Of a stretch of 64,000 nucleotides of DNA, positions 18,439 through 28,459 are shown one piece after another. The notes under the pieces were generated by a model. That model worked only from the letters and a program-made list of their open reading frames with translations, had not been told where the DNA came from and ran no database searches. How positions within the stretch are numbered: position 1 is the stretch's first letter; each line of letters begins with the position of its first letter. Position numbers and translations under genes: made by a program. The stretch covers positions 186,001 through 250,000 of the IMG/VR virus record IMGVR_UViG_3300027759_000046. One strand, given 5' to 3'.

Positions 18439-19356
18439 ATGAAACACCTACTTGAATATAAAATATTTGAATCAGCTGAGAGGATTATTGATGCAACGGC
18501 TGGCGCTGGAACAGATGAGGAATCTCTGGTGCAAGCGATTGCTGGCATTCAAACGCCTGAAGACCTATCTAAAATTGATGCAGAACTTGCTTCAAACCTA
18601 AATTCTGAATATAAAAGCGTAAAAGATGCAATAGCTGGAGAGCTTGGAGTTTTTGATACAGTTTACAAGGACGCAATTGCTCAAAAGTTTAGTCAGTTAG
18701 GTTTGCCTAACTACTTAGAAGACGGAATAATTCCAGTTAAATCAGATAAAGTAGAAAAGACTCAAATTGAAAAACCTATCAAATCTGCCATGGCTGAAAC
18801 ACAAACTCTTTCTCAAGGAAAAATCAATATTAATTCAAATAAATCTGCTCCGTTAATTGTTGTATTCGGTGGAATTGATGTGGGTGGACGATCGAGTGGT
18901 TCTTATATGTATGACTATTTTAAAGAGGCTACTTTATCGAAAGCGACAACATTTATTGCAAATTCTTCAAAAATAGACGGCTCTAAAGCCTGGTCTGAAA
19001 TATCTGGTTTAAACTTAACTCCATCTAAAAAGATTCTCTACCTATTCTCTGGTGGATATTTACCTGGGATGAGCTTGCTAAATAAGGTAGCTGCATCCGA
19101 GTGGGCTGCAATTTATCTAGTTGATATTTGGATAGGTCAAAACTCAAATACTGAGAATTTCTATACAAAACTCACAGCGGACTTTCCTGACAAAGTAAAA
19201 TACTACTATACTGGCGGAGAGAATTCAGCAGGTGGATCCAATAACCTAAAGGCAAAGAAGGAAATGATTGACTCTGTTAGCTATTCAAAGGGTGCAGGCT
19301 CTCACATGGGAGCAAATGATATTGCGGTAAACGACCTTAATGGAGATATCTCCTAG
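18439..19356 (+). CDS. annexin-like repeat fused to an alpha/beta-hydrolase-like domain
   Basis: AERIIDATAGAGTDEESLVQAI...SVKDAIAGELG; later PLIVVFGG, LYLFSGG, final SH; leader MKHLLEYKIFE. Confidence 0.6.
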   Translation: MKHLLEYKIFESAERIIDATAGAGTDEESLVQAIAGIQTPEDLSKIDAELASNLNSEYKSVKDAIAGELGVFDTVYKDAIAQKFSQLGLPNYLEDGIIPVKSDKVEKTQIEKPIKSAMAETQTLSQGKININSNKSAPLIVVFGGIDVGGRSSGSYMYDYFKEATLSKATTFIANSSKIDGSKAWSEISGLNLTPSKKILYLFSGGYLPGMSLLNKVAASEWAAIYLVDIWIGQNSNTENFYTKLTADFPDKVKYYYTGGENSAGGSNNLKAKKEMIDSVSYSKGAGSHMGANDIAVNDLNGDIS

Positions 19357-19979
19357 TCTTCTTTAGTTGATTTAGTATTTCCGAACTTAGATAAGAATAT
19401 GTCGGCAGTCTTCTCAAGAACACTATTGAATGCTGTGTCAGATTCACGAATTGATTTAAAATAGTCAACGAAACCTACCATATCTGCAATTTTATAAGTA
19501 TTAATCTTGACCATATCAGATGAATTTCCGTCAATTGAGACAAATGAATCTCCTGTTACTTTTAAGACAATACCAGTATGACCTTTTCCAGATGAAGCGC
19601 CGCCTCGTGACTTAATAAAGACTTGACCCGGCTGAACCTTTGAGGGATCGCGTGAGTCTATCTTATTTTCAGCAGGTGCAGAATTCCAATGAGACATAAC
19701 TGCTGCAGTTTTAGGTAGAGGATTTTCAATACTAAGTTTTGAACAAAGCTCATCGAACATTGCATAAACGAATGCCATGCACCATGGATTACCTGCGCCT
19801 AGTCCAAGCTTACCGAGCATACCCTTAACCATTGACCCGTCATTATTTCCTTCTTCTTTTTTCCCAACGTAATCTGCTAACACATGACCAAATGTTTCGG
19901 CTGCATTCGTTGCAGTATCAGGTTTAATCGCTAGTTCAGCTTCAGTTATGAATTGATTAAAATCTTTAATAAGTTTCAT
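19353..19979 (-). CDS. CHAP domain amidase/endopeptidase
   Basis: NPWCMAFV, GHTGIV, SIDGNS; leader MKLIKDFNQFITE; GATAAATA at 20000(-). Confidence 0.85.
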   Translation of the reverse strand: MKLIKDFNQFITEAELAIKPDTATNAAETFGHVLADYVGKKEEGNNDGSMVKGMLGKLGLGAGNPWCMAFVYAMFDELCSKLSIENPLPKTAAVMSHWNSAPAENKIDSRDPSKVQPGQVFIKSRGGASSGKGHTGIVLKVTGDSFVSIDGNSSDMVKINTYKIADMVGFVDYFKSIRESDTAFNSVLEKTADIFLSKFGNTKSTKED

Positions 19980-19998
19980 TCTGGATAAATTCTTTGAA

Positions 19999-20226
19999 TT
20001 ATTTATCTAGGATAACCATATCCTTATAGAACATAATTCCAAAGTCCCAGATTAAAAATGTGAATCCTATTACAAATAGACCGGTGTGTACTCCCTGTTC
20101 AATAAACCAGCCGTATGGATTGTAACAGAAAGTCAAATTTGGGATTGGGCAAAATTGCTTGAAGTAGCCCTTTTCCCAAGTTTTGTGGCAATAAGGTTTT
20201 GCCGTAAATTTTAGTTTTGCTTCCAT
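19999..20226 (-). CDS. hypothetical protein
   Basis: 75-aa ORF directly downstream of thyA. Confidence 0.55.
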   Translation of the reverse strand: MEAKLKFTAKPYCHKTWEKGYFKQFCPIPNLTFCYNPYGWFIEQGVHTGLFVIGFTFLIWDFGIMFYKDMVILDK

Positions 20227-20228
20227 AT

Positions 20229-21371
20229 TTAGTTGCTTAGTGGTGCTTTTATTGCTGGGTGTGATTGATAGTTTTCTAATATAATATCATTTATTGAACT
20301 ACAGTGAATGCCGTCTCTAACATGGACAGTTGGTAATTTAAAAGGCTCTCGTGTACGATATGGTATTTTGTATGCATCATAATATTCGCTTAATCCTCCA
20401 CCGAACGGAACTTGCTCATCAACTGCTGTTTGATAAAAATCTCCCATTGCAGTCTTTAACATTTCGTGACGTTCGTCTGGTGAGTAGCTTCTTCCGATTT
20501 GCTCTTCAACTGCATCCACGTGATTTAAGTAAAGGTGAACATCTCCTAGGTTTCCAATCAATTGATCAGGTATCATGTTGACTTCGTCAGCTAGCATAGT
20601 TAATAGTAAGCCATAAGATGCTATGTTGAATGGTAGCCCTAAGAACGTATCTACTGAACGTTGATTCCACATCAAAGAGATTGCTCTGGTTGGTATGTTT
20701 GAACCATCTAACATTTGATGAGTATATGGTGCAAAAGTACGAGCAATACCATCTCTTTTCTTTTTATATTCTGTTCTTTCTTCCAAACTCAACTCTCTTG
20801 TATAAACTTGGAATCCATAGTGACAAGGTGGAAGTACCATCTGGTCCAATTCACCTACATTCCAAGCATTAACCATTAAACGTCTTGAGTCTGGGTTTGT
20901 TTTAAGGTCTTGTATTAGATTTTTGATTTGGTCTACTCCGCCATCAAATATAGCATTCCAATTCCTCCATTGTCTACCATAAATTGGACCCAACTCACCC
21001 CACTTCTTAGCAAACTCTTCATCCTTCATTGACTCGACGAAAGCTTCTTCCTTTGTTACAAAAGGTCCCCAATCGATCACACCATTATGCTTTTCGTAAT
21101 TCTTAATAGCATCACCATTCCAGATATGACAGTTATTATCAATTAGGTACTTGATATTAGTATCACCACGTAAGAACCATAACAGCTCAGTCACAACAGA
21201 TTTGAATGGCATCTTCTTAGTAGTAAGAAGAGGAAATCCTTCTTGCATATTATGACGAATTGTATAGCCGAAGATTGAACGCGTTCCTGTGCCAGTTCGA
21301 TCCTCCTTTACTACACCATATTCATTTATTGCATGAAGTAGATCTATGTACTGTTTATCTAAGTTATTCAT
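20229..21371 (-). CDS. thyA: thymidylate synthase
   Basis: DRTGTGT, FPLLTTKK, ELLWFLRG, LGPIYGRQWR, SRRLMV, LPPCH, QRSVDTFLGLPFNIASY. Confidence 0.97.
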   Translation of the reverse strand: MNNLDKQYIDLLHAINEYGVVKEDRTGTGTRSIFGYTIRHNMQEGFPLLTTKKMPFKSVVTELLWFLRGDTNIKYLIDNNCHIWNGDAIKNYEKHNGVIDWGPFVTKEEAFVESMKDEEFAKKWGELGPIYGRQWRNWNAIFDGGVDQIKNLIQDLKTNPDSRRLMVNAWNVGELDQMVLPPCHYGFQVYTRELSLEERTEYKKKRDGIARTFAPYTHQMLDGSNIPTRAISLMWNQRSVDTFLGLPFNIASYGLLLTMLADEVNMIPDQLIGNLGDVHLYLNHVDAVEEQIGRSYSPDERHEMLKTAMGDFYQTAVDEQVPFGGGLSEYYDAYKIPYRTREPFKLPTVHVRDGIHCSSINDIILENYQSHPAIKAPLSN

Positions 21372-21840
21372 TTATTAACTCTTTTAATCTTTTAATTTCA
21401 GCAATCACATCATCGCCTAATTCAATTTTAGACATCATGGTGAGGTCTGCTACTTGTCCCATAAGTACTTCAATTAATTGAGTTTTTGCATCGTCCTTCG
21501 AGGTTAAGGCTTCTTGGGAAGGCCATATTTGAGAACCGTTTAAGCTGATTGACTTTACTGGATTCGCTGGCGGAGTTCCGTCTAATGCTTTTTCGCCAAC
21601 GTTTTTTAGAGCCTCTCCGCTCATACATGCTGATTCAAATCTTAATTTAACAAAGGTTGAATTGGGAGCAGTTGAGATTGAATTAGGTCTGCAATTTGGC
21701 GAAAACTTAGTAATCATAGTGTTTACAATCTTAGTCGTTTGTGAAATACTAAGAGGATTTGAGTAAACAATAAAGTACTCATTGATTTCTGCTGAATTTC
21801 GATTAAGTAATCGATTTACGAAAGTTATTAGTTTTTTCAT
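21364..21840 (-). CDS. hypothetical protein
   Basis: 158-aa ORF in a tightly packed minus-strand block. Confidence 0.6.
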   Translation of the reverse strand: MKKLITFVNRLLNRNSAEINEYFIVYSNPLSISQTTKIVNTMITKFSPNCRPNSISTAPNSTFVKLRFESACMSGEALKNVGEKALDGTPPANPVKSISLNGSQIWPSQEALTSKDDAKTQLIEVLMGQVADLTMMSKIELGDDVIAEIKRLKELINE

Positions 21841-21843
21841 AGG

Positions 21844-22215
21844 TTATTCTTCTTCTGTTTTGTTTAATAATTGATTATCTGTAATTGCACCAGCAGTCAT
21901 TAGCAATTTAAGTAGGGCTTCAAGGTCAGTAAAGTGCATGCTAATTTGCTCCCTTCTATCCTTTCGTTCGATTGTGATATCCCAACCTTCTCCGTTGGCC
22001 CATTCAGTAACCTCGTAAAAATCGCCTTTCTTGCTCCAAGTGTCATCTTCATTTACGAATAGCTCCCATGACTTTCTCTGATTACTTCCAATTTTGTATT
22101 CTCCCAAAAATGAAGGTTTGAAATTATCGCAAATCGGATCGGCATCCTGTTTTAAGTCTTCAGCCTCAAGCTGAAGTCTTTCAATCTCTTTGGTTATTTG
22201 TGTTAATCTATCCAT
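21844..22215 (-). CDS. hypothetical protein
   Basis: 123-aa ORF; EVTEWANGEGWDI. Confidence 0.7.
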   Translation of the reverse strand: MDRLTQITKEIERLQLEAEDLKQDADPICDNFKPSFLGEYKIGSNQRKSWELFVNEDDTWSKKGDFYEVTEWANGEGWDITIERKDRREQISMHFTDLEALLKLLMTAGAITDNQLLNKTEEE

Positions 22216-22411
22216 GTTGATTATATTTTACATAAAACTCTCGATTTGGGTCGCACGATCCATCGATCGAGTACCAATCCTTTTCAATAGCCTCTTTTAC
22301 CCATTGAGCATCTCGCTCAGTCTCAGTGTAGGCAATTGTTCCAGTTTGTGAAATATCTCCTGTGTCTGGATCAATATCGACAAACACAACTTTCCATTCT
22401 AAATTATTCAT
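22208..22411 (-). CDS. hypothetical protein
   Basis: 67-aa ORF overlapping the next gene's start. Confidence 0.6.
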   Translation of the reverse strand: MNNLEWKVVFVDIDPDTGDISQTGTIAYTETERDAQWVKEAIEKDWYSIDGSCDPNREFYVKYNQHG

Positions 22412-22412
22412 A

Positions 22413-22571
22413 TTAATCAGTTAAATCGTTTGGGTCTTTAGTGTATGCAATATGTTTATTAAACCATTTTGAAAATTTCCAATCAGGAAATCTTCTTTTG
22501 CAAAATTCTCCGAATACAATGAAAGCAAAGGCAATGATCCCTGCTCCAAAATATGCTATTATTCCGTTCAT
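22413..22571 (-). CDS. small membrane protein (52 aa)
   Basis: Read manually: MNGIIAYFGAGIIAFAFIVFGEFCKRRFPDWKFSKWFNKHI...; fills the gap between neighbours. Confidence 0.6.
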   Translation of the reverse strand: MNGIIAYFGAGIIAFAFIVFGEFCKRRFPDWKFSKWFNKHIAYTKDPNDLTD

Positions 22572-22574
22572 TAT

Positions 22575-22934
22575 TTAAAATTTAATTTCTCTAAATGTAC
22601 TTGATCCTGACCAAAATTCGATCACCTCCCCGTTTTTAGGTTGAGGTCTATCGTATTCGGCTCGCATCTTTGCTAATCTTTGGTCAACTGACTTTTTGTC
22701 ATATAAATTCTTAAGTGACTGCCATTCAAGATTTAGATCTTCAATAGTCTCATCACTGAAGTTTTTAGTTATTCCAGCCGGTTCAATTAAGAGCCATTTA
22801 TCAGAATTTAGAACTGACCATTGTGTGCTGGTTGTAACTCCATATAGGAATAGCATTCGAGACTCTTCAATCTCAGCGTGATCTTTAATTAGTTGGTTGA
22901 ACACCAGATTCCCCAAGTCTATTAAGTCCTTCAT
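22575..22934 (-). CDS. hypothetical protein
   Basis: Probable start MKDLIDLG at 22934. Confidence 0.55.
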   Translation of the reverse strand: MKDLIDLGNLVFNQLIKDHAEIEESRMLFLYGVTTSTQWSVLNSDKWLLIEPAGITKNFSDETIEDLNLEWQSLKNLYDKKSVDQRLAKMRAEYDRPQPKNGEVIEFWSGSSTFREIKF

Positions 22935-23526
22935 TGTGTTTTTGTATTGTTTGTTTAATCCAGTCAAAATTAACTGGAGTATAATCGGTCAAGCATGCGC
23001 ATACTGAATAGGCATTCTTGATTGGATGCAAAACTTGGTGTGAGTGACCATATAGGTGATATGATCCGTGAAATTTTCCATTGAATTCCAAGATTGGATA
23101 GTGGAACAGCACAACTCGACGAAAACCGATTTTCTGTTCTGGGTCCGGAAAGAAGATCTCTTCGTAATCTTTAAAGTCAACGATTTTTGCAACTGAACTA
23201 AGTTCCCTGAACCAGTGCTCATCGATATGAGTATCGTGATTGCCTTTTAACCAAACTATATTACCCTTTAACTGGCTAAAAATCCATTTTAGATAACTTA
23301 ATTTAATTCGGTGCATTGAGGCATCTCCTAGGAAGAAAACAGTATCATCCTCCTGTACAACAGAATTCCAACGAGCAATGATCTCATTATCGTGCTCCTC
23401 AATTGATTGGAAATTATGCAAACCTTCTTCAAATCGCAATACGTTATTGTGATCAAAGTGGGGATCGCTTATGAACCAGGTTTTTGCTGGATCGAATATT
23501 TTGTTCTGTGGTATTTGTCCGCTCAT
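22885..23526 (-). CDS. calcineurin-like metallophosphoesterase
   Basis: FISDPHFDH, FLGD, KGNHD, FHYP, GHSH. Confidence 0.92.
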   Translation of the reverse strand: MSGQIPQNKIFDPAKTWFISDPHFDHNNVLRFEEGLHNFQSIEEHDNEIIARWNSVVQEDDTVFFLGDASMHRIKLSYLKWIFSQLKGNIVWLKGNHDTHIDEHWFRELSSVAKIVDFKDYEEIFFPDPEQKIGFRRVVLFHYPILEFNGKFHGSYHLYGHSHQVLHPIKNAYSVCACLTDYTPVNFDWIKQTIQKHNEGLNRLGESGVQPTN

Positions 23527-24587
23527 GTTAGTTTTGTACTAACATACCCAAAAGCGGTTTCGGCGTCACTCATTACCTTAGATCTTTGTTGAAAAGCTAG
23601 ATCAGTTTGAGCCTTATCGTATTTAGACGAAGATGTGTGCTTGTCTATTTTTGTTTTATAAATCTTGACAACTTCCTGTAGGAATTCTTGAGAGTTCTGG
23701 TATTTAGATTTAGGAAGATTGAATGTTCCGTTTTGCTCCAATGTTCTAGCAAACCCCAAGATTCCATTGCAAATCTGCTCAAGGCTTAAGTCAGTCACGT
23801 CAATTCCAGGATGTTGCTCCAAGTACTGATCAAGCTGGACTGCTCTCTTCTCTCCACGAGTAAATTCGTCTGTGAATTCAGCAAGATGGGCCAAGAACCT
23901 GTTAAAATCTCGGGTAACAATTCTCTCTTCAACGTCCTTGCGAAATGCTGGGCTGACTAGCTCACCCGCCTTAATCTTGGCAACAACGCCACGATCAGTT
24001 ACCGAAACTCCGAGCGCATTACCGAATGATTGATATAAGAAACCTACAACAAATCCTTTAATACCTCTAATTGGCGTGTAGCGGGCTTTTGCCCAATCGG
24101 CCGAGTAAGTGAATGTTGGAATAACATCGACTTGCACAGGACCATCAGTTAAATTTATGACCAGTTTGAGGTTGCCTTCAGAGATGGCTTCAGTTTCTTC
24201 AGTATCTAGATCAGGTCGAGTTGATTCAGCCGACCATTGTAAAAAGAGGCTATTATATTTTTTAAGAGTATCAATCTCAACTCGACGACCTTGAGGTTCA
24301 TCAAGTGGATACATTACAAGAATATCAACATCACCGTATGCCTTTTCAGGATTCTCTTCAAGATCCTTTTTAAAATAGACGCCTGAGCCACCTGGTCCAA
24401 CTACTTTTACTGGAGCAAGACCATGTGCCTGGGCCCATTGATTAAAATCTGCAAAGATATTTTCCAGAACCTCAATTGCCTCCTGTAAAACAGCTGGAGT
24501 TATCTTGGTTCCTTGAGTTTTGGTTGTTGCCCAGCCTCCCATTTCATTTATTTGTAAAAAGTCCGTAAATGATTTAATATTCTTCAA
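23523..24587 (-). CDS. Pol-beta superfamily nucleotidyltransferase-like protein
   Basis: GGSG...YGDVDIL...VQVDVI; TTG start with leader MKNIKSFTDFLQINE; GATAAATA at 24609(-). Confidence 0.65.
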   Translation of the reverse strand: MKNIKSFTDFLQINEMGGWATTKTQGTKITPAVLQEAIEVLENIFADFNQWAQAHGLAPVKVVGPGGSGVYFKKDLEENPEKAYGDVDILVMYPLDEPQGRRVEIDTLKKYNSLFLQWSAESTRPDLDTEETEAISEGNLKLVINLTDGPVQVDVIPTFTYSADWAKARYTPIRGIKGFVVGFLYQSFGNALGVSVTDRGVVAKIKAGELVSPAFRKDVEERIVTRDFNRFLAHLAEFTDEFTRGEKRAVQLDQYLEQHPGIDVTDLSLEQICNGILGFARTLEQNGTFNLPKSKYQNSQEFLQEVVKIYKTKIDKHTSSSKYDKAQTDLAFQQRSKVMSDAETAFGYVSTKLT

Positions 24588-24611
24588 AACTTGTGATGTT
24601 CTTTTAGATAT

Positions 24612-25415
24612 TTATCGCTGAACTTCCGGCACCCAGTGAGTTGTGCGCCCGTCTAGAGTCTCTTCACGAACTACAGTATTTCCTTTGGGATCGAGCTTTT
24701 GTGCATAGACTTCAAATTCAAACACGAATTCTCCTTTTTCTCCGCCCAGCCTCTGGTAATTTCTGATACTGGCTCCACCTTGTGCGTATGAAGTTTTCAT
24801 GATTTTCTGAATCCAGTTAAAGAGAACAGCTGTTTCAACTTGATCAATATCTCTGACCAATCTATGCGGCGAAATGCCTGCTCGATAAAGCACTTCGCAT
24901 TTAATATAATTACCTACGCCTGCGCACACTCTCTGATCCATCAGCACCTCAACTATTGTCTTGTTAGGATACTTATTGATTGCTGAATTGAATTTAACTA
25001 GGGTGAACTCTGTATCATTGAGAGCATCTCCACCTAGACTCGCTAATTTCTTGGTGAGCTCAGCTCTATCGTGAGAAAATTTAAGTGTACCGAACCTGCG
25101 TTGATCTACAAAATAGAGTGACCTGGTGTCATCGATACCAATACCAAAGTGCGCGTGCTTATCTGGGTCAGTTGACCAGTAACCGCTCATACCCAATGTA
25201 ATCCACACGGTTGCACCAGTTTCAAGCTCAAGCCACATGAATTTACCCTTGACTCCTCCGCCGACTACTCGGCTTGGCAAGGACACCTCATCAATCCCAA
25301 GTGGTCTTTTTTTAAGAAATCTACCACTAAATACTTGTAACTGTGTTACTTGTGAATCTCCGATCTCTTTTCTGAGATCTTCATACACCCTTCTAACTTC
25401 TGGTCCTTCCGGCAT
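24612..25415 (-). CDS. Fpg/Nei family DNA glycosylase/AP lyase (zincless finger)
   Basis: MPEGPEV start, KGKF, LGMSG, DQRRFG, H2TH LMDQ..AGVGNYIKCE; C-terminus lacks Cys4 (GRTTHWVPEVQ). Confidence 0.93.
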   Translation of the reverse strand: MPEGPEVRRVYEDLRKEIGDSQVTQLQVFSGRFLKKRPLGIDEVSLPSRVVGGGVKGKFMWLELETGATVWITLGMSGYWSTDPDKHAHFGIGIDDTRSLYFVDQRRFGTLKFSHDRAELTKKLASLGGDALNDTEFTLVKFNSAINKYPNKTIVEVLMDQRVCAGVGNYIKCEVLYRAGISPHRLVRDIDQVETAVLFNWIQKIMKTSYAQGGASIRNYQRLGGEKGEFVFEFEVYAQKLDPKGNTVVREETLDGRTTHWVPEVQR

Positions 25416-25451
25416 AAGATAAATAATTTAGTAAAAATATACTTATTAACG

Positions 25452-26918
25452 ATGGCTACAGCAACAGCATTTGCATATAACACAGGATCACCAATTGACG
25501 GGACCGACCAGGTCGGATCTCTCGCGGTCGGAATCCCAACATACGGTTTTGAATCAACTGGCCTTGAGTGGTGGGGCGGTCCCGATCAAGAATTGGGAAT
25601 AGTGGTTGCAAAACCTGTTCCAAGCGAAAAACAACCGACTCCAGTTGGAGAAAATCTTTATTTAGACGGCACACGTAAGGGAGTTGACATTGCATTGACT
25701 GGATCACCATCTCAGGTCGCTCATCAAAACTTTGGATATCAACAGTCTGTATTGGGAACAATCGGTATTGACTCTATTGATAAGGTAATGTTTAGCGTTT
25801 TAGTTCAGTTAGATACACCGGGCGTTCAGACAAATTCTCACTTTATTGGAGTTGGTAAAGCATCAATGAACTATCAGGGCAATCCATACCGTGGCTATCC
25901 AGGAAATGATAATGCGAGCTATGGATATTGCAGTGACGGTAGTACATACGGAGGCGGCAGTGTTGATGTTTCGCAGTTAGCAACTTGGGGAAATGGTGAT
26001 ATTGTTGATATTGCGATTGATCGCTCAATAGATGCAATGTGGGTTAGAGTAAACGGCGGCGATTGGAATAATGATCCGTCTGCTGACCCAAATAATCCAA
26101 GCGGTGGTCTGTCCGTACCGTTTGACGCAATATGTTATCCAGTATTATGTCCAGGATACGACGGTACGATGACTATTCAGGCAAACCCGGCGTATGGAAC
26201 ACCAAATAATTTTAAATTTCTAGGAAGCGGTGAAACTGCATCAGTTGCATTTAGCCGAACCTCAAACAATCCTTCAACTAAAGAAGACGAATTTATCAGC
26301 ATCGCATACGCTCTGCTCTATGGTCCAGGCGATATTGGCGCAAATCCTCCGTTTGCAGACGGTGCTGAAGCATCCGCTGCACTAACCGCTGCAGGATATT
26401 GGAATAGTTATTCTAGCTTCGGCAGCTCAGGATTCCAATGGATGACAATGACAAGTATCGCTGACTCATCGGCTTCCGGTATTGGACAAAATAATATTAC
26501 TGTTTCGATTACTCAAGGAGGTGGCGGTATGCAAACCGAGAATGGTATGTACCAAGCTGCAACATTCCCAGAAGAATATGGAGTTCCACTAAGCGGTAAT
26601 CAAATCCGAAACACCAAAGCTGGTGTATTTACAGCAACATTTAGCCAGCCCGTTCTGAATCCGCTAGTTGCATTTGCAAGCGTTGGTAATCCTGGATTAC
26701 CAGTCCCAGTTCAATCAACTTTACCATTCACACCAATTTTTGGTCAGGCTACAACATATCAAAACGAATGTAGTCCAACTCAATACACTCAATTTACCGG
26801 ACGAGAAGGATTTAATATTATTCGAATAGATGGTACAGTCAGTAGCGTAACTTTTACGTATACTGTCGAGGAATTCTATTGCACCGTTTGTTTTGGATTC
26901 GTTGATCAAAATGCATAA
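25452..26918 (+). CDS. virion structural protein with SPRY/ConA-like domain
   Basis: G/S/T-rich beta protein; GDIVDIAIDRSIDAMWVRVNGGDW; GATAAATA at 25418. Confidence 0.6.
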   Translation: MATATAFAYNTGSPIDGTDQVGSLAVGIPTYGFESTGLEWWGGPDQELGIVVAKPVPSEKQPTPVGENLYLDGTRKGVDIALTGSPSQVAHQNFGYQQSVLGTIGIDSIDKVMFSVLVQLDTPGVQTNSHFIGVGKASMNYQGNPYRGYPGNDNASYGYCSDGSTYGGGSVDVSQLATWGNGDIVDIAIDRSIDAMWVRVNGGDWNNDPSADPNNPSGGLSVPFDAICYPVLCPGYDGTMTIQANPAYGTPNNFKFLGSGETASVAFSRTSNNPSTKEDEFISIAYALLYGPGDIGANPPFADGAEASAALTAAGYWNSYSSFGSSGFQWMTMTSIADSSASGIGQNNITVSITQGGGGMQTENGMYQAATFPEEYGVPLSGNQIRNTKAGVFTATFSQPVLNPLVAFASVGNPGLPVPVQSTLPFTPIFGQATTYQNECSPTQYTQFTGREGFNIIRIDGTVSSVTFTYTVEEFYCTVCFGFVDQNA

Positions 26919-26985
26919 TTTTAAAAAAAGCACAAGTTTATACCCAAAGTATAAAAATAGGATTAAAAATAAATTATAAATCTAC

Positions 26986-27465
26986 ATGAAAAGACACGTT
27001 CAAATTTTCGAAAATTTTGAAAGAGCGTTTGATAACGTTTACGGAGCAAATCCCTTAATAGAAAAAGCCAAAGTTGATCAAGACGGCGACGGCGATACTG
27101 ATTACGTTGACGCAAAGGTTGCTCAATATCAAAAGGGCGGTATTAAAAAAGGCCAAGCAATTGCAAAGGCAAAAATGTTTGCAAAAAAGAATAATATTAA
27201 AGACTCTATCAAAGACTCGAATAAGACAGTAAAAGAGGGCTTTTTTAATAGATGGACAAAACCTTCTATTGATCAAGCTGCTCATGATTCAGTAAGGGGT
27301 CAAGGCCACAGCCACCGAGGAAACGACGATGGAGAGTACATTATGTTTGACGGTCAAAAATTTAGCCAAGATCAAATTGAGTATGCTGACTATCATGATA
27401 TGGGCAGAATTCCTAGGGTTGAAGATGGCATATTAATTATTGCTGATCCAAATTGGAGTAATTAA
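26986..27465 (+). CDS. hypothetical virion protein with DxDxDG Ca-binding-like loop
   Basis: Leader MKRHVQIFENFE; VDQDGDGDTDYVD. Confidence 0.65.
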   Translation: MKRHVQIFENFERAFDNVYGANPLIEKAKVDQDGDGDTDYVDAKVAQYQKGGIKKGQAIAKAKMFAKKNNIKDSIKDSNKTVKEGFFNRWTKPSIDQAAHDSVRGQGHSHRGNDDGEYIMFDGQKFSQDQIEYADYHDMGRIPRVEDGILIIADPNWSN

Positions 27466-27519
27466 TCTAAAACTGGTTGAGAGTATTAAGTAGAATAGGC
27501 TAAATCAAAAACTTAAAAT

Positions 27520-27717
27520 ATGTATTATTTAGCAAAACTACGCTTTGAGTCAGAAGACGACAATGGCAAACAAAAAAAGATTAGAGAACAGTATTTGGTG
27601 CAAGCATCTTCAGTTGGAGAAGCTGAACAAAAATTAATGGATCGATTTGGACAAGGAATTTCACCTTGCCAGTTAGAAGCAGTTCAAGAATCAAAAATCT
27701 TAGGCCTTATTGAATAA
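27520..27717 (+). CDS. DUF4494-like protein
   Basis: YLAKLRFE...NGKQKKIREQYLVQA.S..EAE pattern of the Bacteroidota family. Confidence 0.7.
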   Translation: MYYLAKLRFESEDDNGKQKKIREQYLVQASSVGEAEQKLMDRFGQGISPCQLEAVQESKILGLIE

Positions 27718-27739
27718 AGGTTAGCTGAGACTAAAAAAG

Positions 27740-27765
27740 AAAAGGAGCATTAAGCTCCTTTTTTT
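27740..27765. terminator. bidirectional intrinsic terminator
   Basis: AAAAGGAGC-atta-AGCTCCTTTTTT between convergent genes. Confidence 0.85.
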
Positions 27766-27985
27766 ATGTGAAATATGTTGGAAATTTAGAAGAGAGGCTC
27801 TTCAGTATAGTAGGATCATCTTTGCCTTCGTGCATCAGCTCATAGGCATGATCGAATATTTTGATGCTGGTGGCATTACCTATGATTGCATCAATCTTGC
27901 GACGAACAACTGACGTTGGCCCGTTTTCGTGTATCAGCTTAACTAGGTTAGCTGGCTCTGGAATAAAGTACTTGTTGAAACTCAT
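27764..27985 (-). CDS. hypothetical protein
   Basis: 73 aa MSFNKYFIPE; TATAAT 6 nt upstream of the ATG. Confidence 0.65.
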   Translation of the reverse strand: MSFNKYFIPEPANLVKLIHENGPTSVVRRKIDAIIGNATSIKIFDHAYELMHEGKDDPTILKSLSSKFPTYFT

Positions 27986-28009
27986 ATTTTTATTATACTC
28001 TGATTAAAC

Positions 28010-28040
28010 AAAAAAGGTTAGCTTTTTAGGGCTAACCTTT
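28010..28040 (-). terminator. intrinsic terminator downstream of the candidate ncRNA
   Basis: AAAGGTTAGC-loop-GCTAACCTTT followed by a T-run on the minus strand. Confidence 0.85.
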
Positions 28041-28045
28041 GGTAT

Positions 28046-28459
28046 CGTGGGGAACGCGTATGGAAGGATTAGGGTTTACCTTCAATTTGATGCTGAGCTT
28101 GCGTTATAACGACAACCTTCGTACACTCCTGTCAGAGTCGACTCAAAGCAAGTTGGATCCGCTTGAATCACTATCGTGTTAACCACAACAGTACGAGTGC
28201 TTTATCCCACCTAGCAAAGGATTATTCAGCCATTTAACGGGACTATTTTATACCCGTATGCCGATTGCAAAATACCATATATGTATATCAAAACCTTAGA
28301 CTCCAGTGGTTAACTGGTTCAAGTTGACCGTTTGGTCTGCTGGTTTCAGCCAGCGCTTGCGGAGCATCCTCCTAATCTAAACCATTACCTGTTTTACAAT
28401 CAGGTTGTTCTGGCACATACTCGATTGAAGCTCATGACTTCCTCAACCGTTTCCCCTCG
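28046..28459 (-). ncRNA. candidate large structured non-coding RNA (~415 nt), family unassigned
   Basis: No ORF of 60 aa or more; complementary termini; many internal hairpins and long-range pairings; boxA-like GTTCTTTAAA just upstream; terminator just downstream. Confidence 0.7.

Noticed and set aside
28046-28459. RNase P RNA or group I intron identity for the structured region
   Set aside because: GAGGAAGTC and AATAGTCC resemble RNase P CR-I and the group I S element, but spacing to the other conserved regions is wrong, the AATAGTCC lies in a local hairpin, and no interrupted gene flanks it. Left unassigned pending cmscan.
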